Shown in pieces: positions 25,501-35,158 of a DNA stretch of 64,000 nt; the first letter of the stretch is position 1; every line of letters begins with the position of its first letter. The stretch spans positions 22,506,001 to 22,570,000 of the forward strand of contig CAIIXF020000001.1 in the NCBI GenBank assembly GCA_903813345.2, read 5' to 3'. A model generated the notes under the pieces. That model did not search any database. It was not told where the DNA came from and saw only the letters and a list, made by a program, of their open reading frames with translations. The DNA comes from Owenia fusiformis (Eukaryota). The position numbers and the translations under genes are program-made.

Positions 25501-28500
25501 CGTATCCACAAACCTATTCACTTACCGTTATATTGAGCGATCTAGATGCGTCAATAATAATTGTTTTTACTCATCGGCTTTAGTGGCCCGCAATACCTTT
25601 TATTTCATTCTTACTCACTTACTCATCGGCTTTAGTGGCCCGCGATACCTTTTATTTCATTCATTTGTGAGACGCAATTGATATATTGGCAACAAATCAA
25701 ATGTTCTAAATGATTCTTCTTCATTTTGGAGTGTTTTCCTACCCGATATTCTTAAATATGTGTCTTAAATATTATACTTTACATTGATCACGATTCTTGT
25801 ACTTTCTGTCTTTACGACTCTCGTTCACGTTTGCACGAGTTGTTGATTGAATTGCCTTGATCGTTGGTCGAACTTTAATTCCAACTAAATCCGATTAATC
25901 AATTAAGAAATGTAATATCATGTTCATCCAAGCAAATAATTGTAACAACTACATTATTTTTTAGCAGTTTTGACACCTAAGCAGGGTAGTCTAGTGGCGT
26001 AGACTGAGGCTACTATGCGGTTGAACGTCGTGGGATACGGAGGTCCCGCGTTCGAGCCCCAGGTACGGAGTTGTTGATCATTGTCACTACGGACACCCGG
26101 TCCGAAGGTCCAACCGTTTACCGGCCCTTGGCATGGGTTGGTTCTCTGGCCGCTCTTGCCTAAGACAGATTGTGAGACTGTGGTTGGTTCCTCCACTAAC
26201 GTGCTTTAGTAAACTCCGGGAGTCATATAGTATGGTAGCGGGCCCCCACCAAGGGCAGTAGTGGAACGACGCGAATCGGTCCCAGTATGGTTGCCTTGCA
26301 ACTGAAGAGACTCGAGGAAATCATGCCATTCGCAATGACCCAGAAAAGACTTTTGCTTCTTGATTTGACGTTTAATTCATGTATTTACATACTTTATTCA
26401 TATTACTTTCCAGGCATATGTTGGTTTTCGGCACAATGCGCGTCGGTATAATGGGTTTCGGTTTAATACGCGTCGGTATATTGAGGTGATCCCGAAAACA
26501 CAATAATTTTCAATTGAATAATGCTTGCTACATTTCTAAAAGATGTTGGTTATTTATATTTATTAGAAATATGGTCCATTCTGTATATAAAATAAGAAAA
26601 CCACTTACTATTCTGTGTTTGTCATTTGTCTTGGGATTGGGTGGATTGTACCCAAGCTGTACTGTTGATAGCCAAGGTGCAGTTAGACAGGTCAGAGTGG
26701 AGTCGTTACCCTAGAAACACAAATAGTAAACAGTAAAGGTTAACTCTGGAAACTTGTTCAACTAAATAAGTTGGAGTCGTTACAGAAGAAACACAATCAG
26801 TAAAGGATAACTCTGTAAACATGTTCAACTAAATAAGTTGAAGTTGTTACCCTGGAAGCACAATCAGTAAAGGATAACTATGTAAACATGTTCAACTAAA
26901 TAAGTTGAAGTTGTTATCCTGGAAGCACAATCAGTAAAGGTTAACTATGTAAACATGTTCAACTAAATAAGTTGAAATTGTTACCCTGGAAACACAATCA
27001 GTAAAGGTTAACTCTATAAATACGATCTACTAGGCCAAGTAAGGTCGTAAGTAGGTTACCCTAGAAACACAATGAGTAAAGGAAACTCTGGAAACGTGTT
27101 CACTCGATAGAGATTAAGCAGTTGACCTAGATACATAAAGAGTAACAGTAAAGGTTCACAGGGTAACTCAAGTAAAAATTTAGAGGTTGTTTTAACAAAA
27201 AGAAAACTTTACATGTGAAGATGTTTCTTATATACAGGCTTTAATATGTGGTCCAAAAAGGGACTTGCAGTTACATTATTTCAATTTGCTTTAACCTACC
27301 ATTCTAACATCATCACTAAAGGCCAATGACATGAAATGATCAGCTTTTCCTTTCATTTCAAAATCAATGAAGTCTCCGTCAACTTTGTAAGTGACCAAAA
27401 AGTCACAATCGTAGAAGCAATAACGAGGTGACATTAAACAGCCTTTCGTTTCGCCACAACCATCTGCTGTGATTACTGCACTCAAATTAGGTTTCACCTA
27501 AAACATCAAAATTAGCATAATAATTGTCAAATTCAAAATAAAAAGGAAAACATTTAAAAAAATATAGGGAATGTGTACTTTCAGAAGAAGTTTTTTCCAT
27601 GAAGAATTATATTTTATATTAATAACAAATGTTAGAAAGACAAGCTATTACCTCTCCCAGAAACTCCGCAGAGGCATCTGGTACCATTGCCTTGACAACA
27701 GAACTCTTGACATCATACCAGAAGACAGCATATGATTGGATGAATGTTGCACTGAAAAAATGGCCTGATAAAGCAAATGACTGAAACACATGCATGCATT
27801 AAAATTAGAAATCCCATCGGCTTTATATTATGGAGTGTCCCCAAATATCTGTTCATTGGTATAATATTGCTAGTCTGGCCCATACCCAAGAGTGGATGGG
27901 TGACTCCTCTGTAAAAGAAATGGATGTTGTGTAAAATCTGATGAGAAACGTCTGAGATTTCTCCTTACCTGAAATGGATATCTCCAACAGATGTAGCAGG
28001 TGCTTTCCAGGTGAATGTTAGGTTATATTTTGGTTCATTGTTCATATGGGTTAGGCAGTTCTGAAAATATGAAGTAGGCTCTGTCATCTTACTCAAATCT
28101 ACATGTCATAGGCACAAATATTCAGATCGATACTAGGCATTTTTGACTCTTATCCACAAACCGAGATGGATGTACACTCCCATCCATAAGTGTGCCAACC
28201 ACCCAACTATTGTAATAAGGATAAACATTGAGATTCATTATTAACTTTTCAGTTGTTCAACTTATGGAGGGGAGTGTGATTTCATAGTATTGCGTTATGA
28301 TTTAATTTTGCATCACTTTGCTCCATATCAGATACTCATATTTTCCTACTCACTGTAACTCTTCACATATGTAAGTAATAATGAGCCATTTAGATTAAAT
28401 AAAAAGCAATTGGTTGAGTCTTAAATAAAGATTGGTGGAACTCTTTCTTGGCCTTAAGACAAACAAAGGAATAGATACAGAAAAAACAATGAATAGACAA

Positions 28501-31500
28501 TGAATCAAATAGAAAAAAACAAATGAATAGACAACCAAACAGAAATCAATCAGAAAAAAACAAATGAATAGACAATCAAACAGAAATCAATCAGAAAAAA
28601 CAAACGAAGAGACAATCAAACAGCGAAAAAAACAAATGAAACAGCAAATGAATAGACAAACAAACAGAAAAACAAATGAATAGACAATCAAACAGAAAAA
28701 GCAAATGAATAGCTAAACAGAAAAAACAGATGTATATAGTCGCACAAACGAATAGACAAACAAATTAATGGCTAGATAAATAAATAGAAGACAACTGAAT
28801 TGACAAAACAAAGGAAGGAAGACATATGAATGAATACACAAATAGACGAATATGTTAGGGATATGTTGTGTAGAATCCCGAAAGTATTATATAATATTTC
28901 ACAGCGCTGAAAGCCCAGATTTTATCCTGTGTTCATTTATATTCATAAACAGATAAACAATGTTCCCAATTTCAGTGGATCAACAAGCATCTTCTGCGAT
29001 CAATTATTAGGCAAGCGTAAAGGCAAGTGCTGCGCAACTCATGCAAAATTTGGAAAGCAACACCTTCAAGGAATGGTTATTCCACATAAGTCCAGGGCTT
29101 AAATCCTGAAATCGAATTAATGTCTACCTTGTTATCTCCTTTGGGATACCATGTCTGCGGTTTAACATCATTTGGGAAGTTCGTGAACCCTCCAACAATC
29201 TCCTCTTTATCCCCATTCACTCTCTGACTTCTGATCTGAAACCCACGGAAGGCTAGTGCATCTTTCGACCACATCGTCACTAAATATACGAGAGAATAAG
29301 GTATGGAAATTAATAACGTAAAATGGACCAAACATTTGGATCCACTATCACCAACAAATACCGGGTCAAATGTGATTTTTGCAGCCGAGGAAGCCAAAGT
29401 AACATTTATAACTTGTATTGTGGGAGATATATGACGGTTTGGGCAGAAGAAGTATACGTGTATGTAGACTGTATTGTTCGTACCAATATTCATTTGAGAC
29501 TGTGACTAGGTATAGAACATTAGTTTAACTCTGGTACCTGTGAGATCTTGGCCAGGGCTATATGACGTAGGAGACACAGTGATGGTGTATGGAGCATCGG
29601 TAGTCTGTCTCTCGGCACCTTTGTGCTTCGGGAAGATGATAGCGCATGATTTGAAAGGTGCGCCAAAAGGGAAAGCCCCACCTAGAAGGAAAATAAATGG
29701 TATAACGAATGGTTTTGATAAAATCTTGAGGAACAATAGACTAAAGATAATAAGTTATTACAATATTTATGCTAATGGACACCCTTCACAAATCAAATGA
29801 CATTTCTGCATCTTGGATATTCAACTACTTAGTATTTATTAATCAGTATGACTTAATCATATTTCAGAAATTAAAATTAGAATTGCAAGGGAAATATCAT
29901 CCTCCGTACGCAGGGCTCCAAAATCCAGAATACCTTCTTTCTTTTCACCGGGGGGGGGGGGGGTACGGATTCTGGACACCTGCTTAGGATGATGGGAAAC
30001 ATCGGCTTCTGGCTTTTGAAAAGATGGTTTCCAACATTTGATGGCATTGTGGGAATCACAGTCTATACTATCCATAAGTTTTAAATAAAGTATTGACCTT
30101 TCCAATGAATGTCCAAGTAAAGGTGTAAGTAACATTTCTTAATGTGAAAACTCTTAGGATCAAACTTTTTGAGGTACATGCACAATACCTATAAATAATG
30201 TACACCTTTACTAAATTATAGCATCTATAAGAACACCACAAATGATTTCTCTTCAAAATTACAGTGTCAATCCGATTACTTATTTCAAGATATCATATAT
30301 TGTATATGTATTAATATTGCAGATACATGGTGTTCGGGAAGCGATGGGAAATGCTGACATTAAATTTACAAAACAATGCTGAGAAGTATGAAACCAAATT
30401 AAAATCTCTGTGATTTATTTATGGTCTTACAAAGGGCCATTATCTCCGGAATGTTTCATTAAAATATTTCACTTTACTTCTCCGGAAGATTTTACCAAAA
30501 TGTGGGAATGTCCAATATAAATCGTTTGTATTACTTCATGAACACCCTGTATAGTATACCCTTCACTGTATCAATGTACTCTTGTATTACTTATCTTTTA
30601 GCGGCATGCTTGTCAATATTAACCATATCTAAGATGAGATAGCAAAATCACACATTTTGTGGACTCTCAGAAATTAGTACAAATAACGATTCATATTTAA
30701 GTTGTAGCACTAACTGACAAAGCAGGAAGAGTCAAATTTGCAAAATTGGTACATTAAATGGAAATAAAATCACATTGTTAGATTTCCTTTTTGGTTTAAA
30801 AATCACCATAAGAAGAGAATTTTAAAATATTCCACACCTTTTGACATGTACAAAATAGAGATTTCAAATCTGTTTACACTGTGTTGGTAAGCTGATAAAG
30901 TATGAATATGAATAAAAATCTCTGATTGTTGCCCTGAAACTATATTTCCATTTTCTGACATCGACATATTGAGGTTAAAATAGGATAATTGGTTTTCGGA
31001 TAATAATCCATTATGAAAGTTATCATGGCCTCTTATTAGTTCCGTTCTAGCTAGAAACAGAAAGTTACAATGAATACCAGAATGATAATTAGAAACATTT
31101 TAAGCAATATTAATATTGTTCTTGTCATATAACTATAGTAAAACCTGTATGTTTTGAACATTTTTTTGCCGAGAAAAACGTTTACTGTTGGTAGGTGTTC
31201 ACTACAGAGAGGTTAATCTATATGGATGTCAATAGAGTATGTGGGGACGAAGGGTGTCCACTAGAGTCTAAGAGAGGTGCTCACTGAGACAGGATTTACT
31301 GTAATCTGCCATAGTGATGTATCGGCAGAATATTGAGACGACTCCATGTACAATTATTAGAAACTTGATGTTAGAATTTGAACCAGTGTTTCAGTTTATT
31401 ATTGTAAAAGTAAAATGCTGACTCATGTTAGAACTACTATACGAGGGGTGATTACAAAGTTGCTTCCTTGATTCCAAGCCCTGAAGTGGCTATGGCAACC

Positions 31501-31929
31501 AATATTTCTTATGGAATATTTCTGTTATACTTAATGTTTTTCTGTCTTAATACGACATGCTGCACATCCTGTAAGAATTTTATTAGAATATTTTGAAAAA
31601 TAAAGAAATGGAGAGATATATTATGAGAACATAACTCGTATTGTTGGGCTGGTGGTTTATATAAACCTGTTTTGTTAACTGTGTATACAAATCTCACTTT
31701 CAAAACTACATCCTAGTTTCCACAGAGATGGATGATGAGGATACTGCAACCTGCTGACATAAATTGTTGTATACAGTAATGTCAAAATCAACTTATTGAA
31801 AAACATTCCACGGCAAAAATGTAAAAAATTAGATCACAAATATCTGTCGGACTAGAATCCATTTTGTTACGAAAGTGCCTTACGTGACTGAGGGTCCCCA
31901 CTGAGAGTAGTGCCCATAAAATGACACAT
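16363..31929 (-). CDS. FRRS1: Ferric-chelate reductase 1 homolog (reeler + DOMON + cytochrome b561), multi-exon
   Basis: Phase-compatible GT-AG exons on -: 31929-31884 (uncertain), 29681-29538, 29279-29128, 28060-27969, 27751-27652, 27497-27300, 26710-26609, 20028-19839, 19548-19432, 18961-18846, 18680-18594, 18304-18142, 17863-17705, a probable short exon near 17642-17592, and 16509-16363. Reeler motifs (FPFGAP..C, FRGFQI, LTH, TWKAP, FSATF...FW), DOMON motifs (GCGETKGC, LAFSDDVRMGND, TCRFRR) and four b561 heme histidines (QAHG, WFQLHR, QIHAG, TVHS). Confidence 0.92.
16511..17572. repeat. ~41-bp minisatellite, ~25 copies, in the last FRRS1 intron
   Basis: Unit GTGTAGGTTATAGGAGGAACACTTG(C/T)CTGAAACAAATGCAA. 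Confidence 0.97.
17705..17863 (-). CDS. FRRS1: FRRS1 exon (transmembrane)
   Basis: STMINAFTNISILPGNLKFVNLIVISVAVGLQVLWDIGFAINKYKKDKEGSE; phase 1-1. Confidence 0.88.
18142..18304 (-). CDS. FRRS1: FRRS1 exon (cytochrome b561)
   Basis: DGRTQIHAGLGI...LRPGPDSKFRPAFNTVHSINGGLCWALA; phase 0-1. Confidence 0.92.
18594..18680 (-). CDS. FRRS1: FRRS1 exon (cytochrome b561)
   Basis: LHRILAVLAFLLTVGAFVIIFVYKKEFVK; phase 0-0. Confidence 0.92.
18846..18961 (-). CDS. FRRS1: FRRS1 exon (cytochrome b561)
   Basis: GAMMIIAWVLCAGVSIIFARSFK...CGAKLWFQ; phase 1-0. Confidence 0.92.
19432..19548 (-). CDS. FRRS1: FRRS1 exon (DOMON end / b561 start)
   Basis: TDVGHKHGPLPLITHDKVDL...EVQAH; phase 1-1. Confidence 0.9.
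19839..20028 (-). CDS. FRRS1: FRRS1 exon (DOMON)
   Basis: TGITNAEAEKQRDHVTCRFRRP...FDLLSDTWHLFIAYGDAYD; phase 0-1. Confidence 0.9.
21159..24975 (+). mobile_element. Helentron-associated (HINE/DINE-1/pearl-like) element with central tandem repeats
   Basis: 5' TTATCCCATTGAACGAAGTTCGGAGGGATATAGG hairpin followed by a (GTCC)n microsatellite. Inverted sub-TIR TCAATGGGGAT at 24947-24957. Internal ~320-340-bp tandem repeats at 22970-24510. Confidence 0.7.
22970..24510. repeat. ~330-bp tandem repeat array (4-5 degenerate copies)
   Basis: Recurring CTCAAC.GGTGAAAA.GTATG at ~22988, 23302, 23785, 24113 and 24452, plus a recurring TTTCAATTAAACAGATAAAATCAA block. Confidence 0.85.
25981..26410 (+). mobile_element. 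tRNA-derived SINE
   Basis: GC-rich island with Pol III A-box-like TAGTCTAGTGG (~25987), B-box GTTCGAGCC (~26050), a ~350-bp body and a simple-sequence (TTTAC/TTCAT) tail at ~26370-26410. Confidence 0.75.
26609..26710 (-). CDS. FRRS1: FRRS1 exon (DOMON)
   Basis: GNDSTLTCLTAPWLSTVQLGYNPPNPKTNDKHRI; phase 0-0. Confidence 0.87.
26700..27130. repeat. ~68-bp minisatellite that includes the FRRS1 3' splice site
   Basis: Units GTTACCCT(A/G)GAA(A/G)CACAATCAGTAAAGG(T/A)TAACT...TTCAACTAAATAAGTTG, about 6 copies. Confidence 0.9.
27300..27497 (-). CDS. FRRS1: FRRS1 exon (DOMON start)
   Basis: VKPNLSAVITADGCGETKGCLMSP...LAFSDDVRM; phase 0-0. Confidence 0.9.
27652..27751 (-). CDS. FRRS1: FRRS1 exon (reeler C-terminus)
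   Basis: ATFIQSYAVFWYDVKSSVVKAMVPDASAEFLGE; phase 2-0. Confidence 0.88.
27969..28060 (-). CDS. FRRS1: FRRS1 exon (reeler)
   Basis: NCLTHMNNEPKYNLTFTWKAPATSVGDIHF; phase 0-2. Confidence 0.9.
28470..28860. repeat. Low-complexity A-rich degenerate repeat (AAACAGA/AATAGAC)
   Basis: Directly visible. Confidence 0.75.
29128..29279 (-). CDS. FRRS1: FRRS1 exon (reeler)
   Basis: VTMWSKDALAFRGFQIRSQRV...PKGDNK; phase 1-0. Confidence 0.9.
29538..29681 (-). CDS. FRRS1: FRRS1 exon (reeler N-terminus)
   Basis: GAFPFGAPFKSCAIIFPKHKGAERQTTDAPYTITVSPTSYSPGQDLT; phase 1-1. Confidence 0.9.
31136..31302. mobile_element. Short Tc1/pogo-type MITE
   Basis: TAGTAAAACCTGT ... ACAGGATTTACTG|TA with internal AGAGAGGT repeats. 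Confidence 0.5.
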
Positions 31930-33810
31930 TATTTCAACAGAGAGAATTGAAAGTCATATCTATAATTACTGTACAGCATCTATTTATTTCACCTTATTAC
32001 TGTAAAGCTTTACTCATGATCATGCCTACAGACCCCCCCCCCCAGAATAACCTTGCACTCTGACCCCAGTGTATCCGAATTCATATTTGATTTGCACGAA
32101 ACACTAGATAATCAAATTAACGTTGCATCCCACAAATCATGATCCCAGTGTACATATATTTAATTTGCATAAGATACCAGAAGCTGTCAAAGTAGCTATT
32201 GTCGGTGAGACAACCACGAGTTTCAAATTCTGAATATGACAAAATTATGCTTGTATGAAAAATGTCCTTTTGTTAATATTGATAACGTGCTTATATTAGT
32301 CTCTCAAAAATCAAGAGAGCAAGCCATAAGATTACAAAAGCCCACCAACCTTGAATGAACAATCCAGAGATGAAACACAGAACATGTAGTAAATTCCTCA
32401 TGGCTGTTCAGATGTATAGTGAAGCTCAAAGTATTCGGCACAGCAAAACTTACTTAACTTTCATGATAAACAGGGACTCTCTCAAGGTTGTTTATATCTG
32501 TTTCAGGGATAGAAGTCCATTGCTGAATAGACTGACCTTATCCGTGGGCTGAGATACCATCCAGTTGTCCGAATCTCTCCTAAATGTGTGTGAACCATCT
32601 TGGAAATCGATGATGTTGGTATACTAACTCGGGAATAATAAGTTAAAGAATAATATATGGCAGAAAATATCCCTTGTGTAAATTATATAATAATGAGACA
32701 GTGCTCAAACATGAAGAAATTCAACAAGCATGTCATAAGAAGCTAAGTCAAACGATTAATACACTGTCCCCGATTACTCAAATCTCAGATGTTATTTAAG
32801 TATCAATATTTGACATGGTCCCCTAATCTTAGACAGTATTTGCCAAATGCGAAGGTACAAAAGTGATAAGTGGATAAATTCTAGAGTCTCTAGGAATTTA
32901 TTTTAAGTAGTCTTATATCGTCCTTTCTCACCCACTCTTTATTTTCCGAGATAAAGCGCTCGAGATTCGTAAGATGCATTTGCAGAGTACAATCGATCAA
33001 TCATAGATAGGATGGGTGAGGGTCGTGTACATTTTCTTGTCAAGAAGACCAAAGGGCAACATTAAAAACAACAACAACAAGAAAACTGATTCTAGAACTT
33101 TTGAGACATAGGTAAATATTATGGTATCGTTGTTTGGGTTAGATCTATATGTAGTGTACATAGTCCTGCTAGTAGTTTTCCCTGGACAATGTGTTTCCCT
33201 GACCCTGGCGTTTCACCAAGTCCCTCACTGATGTTTTCCCTGGTCCCTTGTGTTTTCCCTTGCTTAAATCGTTACCGCAGTTAATCCCCATGCCCCTGGT
33301 GCTGAAGATGTTACAAAGAGCAATACATAAATACAAACATATACATATGTATAGCCGAATCTTATGATCGGACAAACGTATTGTCTTAATACACTTTGAG
33401 GACATGGCACATAAATGAAATGATTTACATTCCCAAGATTTTGACGTGGGGATGTTCGATGTGTAGATTAAGAGAAGAAACTAAAAACTCAGTCATAAGC
33501 CTACCAACGAGAACTAACTGAATTGATACATTTTATAAATAAACTTTTCAATCAACGTCGGGAGCTACTTGAAAAAGGAATAAACTAGTTTGTAAGATCG
33601 TTATATTTAAATATTTTTCTTAACAATGCATTTAACTGTATAACTGTATAATTATGTCTTGTAATTGATTTTGTGAGGAAGTCAATTGTTTTGGCTTGAA
33701 ACACAATACAATTTTGAATCTTATATCGATAGAAAGATGGCAGTTTGATTCATATATTCACACATATCTTTATTCTTCAGCATGTCCTGTTTAAATGATT
33801 ACAGCATGAT

Positions 33811-34048
33811 CATAGGCGTAGCCAGGGGGTGCAATCACACCCCCCCCCCTATAACCAATAAATATATAACCATGAGATAGAAGAAAATAGCTTTAAAATG
33901 CTTTTTATTTGCAGCTTCTAGCTTAATTTTGAAGGAAGTTGCATCTGTAAAATTCAAGATAAATCTTAACCCCCTGACTGAAAACCGATTTTTTGGGGCG
34001 ATCGCAACACCCCCCCCCTCCCCTGACTGAAAGCTGGGTACGCCCCTG
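33811..34048. mobile_element. Short hAT-like MITE with poly-C/G tracts
   Basis: Inverted ends (CAT)AGGCGTAGCCAG / CTGGGTACGCCCCTG, with ATGATC on both flanks. Confidence 0.55.
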
Positions 34049-35158
34049 ATGATCCTGATGATGATGTCCCGATTGTGATAATAGAACTTGAATGGTGGAG
34101 GAGTGGTATTAGACACTGTTTCTTTTAACGTTTGACCATGGTTTGGGATACTTGGGGTTTGTTTTCCTTGTAAATGGGGTACTCTACAGATGTTTCATTT
34201 TTCTTGCTGTGTTCTGTAACAATGCTTGGTCCTTTCTCATCTGGAACTTGTGCACATCACGGTGGGAAACAAAGGTATGAAGTTGACAATCAAACTGGTA
34301 AGCGAGTATGACTTGTATGCATACATATTCGTAAAATGGAAAATATTTTAGAGGATTTTTTATGACGTGAACCACAAACGTAAACATTTACGGGTCCCGT
34401 TTACGTACTATGAACTAAGGTGCCTTAAACTGAGCACTTCCGACGTAACGTAAACGTTTTTCTTTTTCTTAGCAGCCTTCGTTTTATGTTCTACTTTAAA
34501 AGTATAAACAATATTACTTTATTGACAAATTGATGAAAGACGTACAGTGAGAGTCAATTAAACATTTGCTTAAAACGTTGAAATTGAATTTATGTTTTAT
34601 CCACCTCATGAATTTGCATTTACTAAATTAGATTTTTAAAATTGCTTGATCATACCCAGGTAAATCCAGGTGAGTTGCAAATCATTAGGACCTAAACAAG
34701 CCATGATCTATATTAATGTATACATTCATACCTCAATATATTTGTCCACGTAATAACGAAACAAACAATTCTATTACGTTATAACCTTCCAATATAAATG
34801 CCGCAGTAAGTAATGGCCATTGATCTGTCTTTAAACCAACTGAAACATTGATTGCCTTTATCAAATTTCAATAAACGGGACATCCTACGTATTAGTAACA
34901 GGTAACATGTAACGTAAATCAGATGGCGAATTAAAATTGGAACTTTTCGCAGAGATCCATGGCAACATTATAGAATACACAAACGATGAATGAATTCATG
35001 TGTGAAACAACATTTTTGATTAAGTTGTATAAGTAAACAATTTAATTTTGCTTCACATATTTTAAAATATTTATACCAGCAAACTATTATAGTGATAATT
35101 TATTTGATTTAATGGCTAGCCCAAATGCATTTTGTTAGAGTGACAATATCAGCGAGAC

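Larger units (their letters stand above)
20200..26500. mobile_element. Composite DNA-transposon region with CCGAAACCCATTATA subterminal inverted repeats
   Basis: CGCGCATTTTACCGAAACCCATTATA at ~20239-20264 versus TATAATGGGTTTCGGTTTAATACGCG at ~26447-26472; related motif at ~24575-24600. Boundaries uncertain. Confidence 0.45.

Noticed and set aside
25568-25661. ~45-bp direct duplication
   Set aside because: A simple local tandem duplication inside a transposon region, with no further structure.
25981-26070. Possible tRNA gene
   Set aside because: A and B boxes are present, but I could not form a convincing cloverleaf or acceptor stem, and a long body and tail follow. SINE head is more likely.
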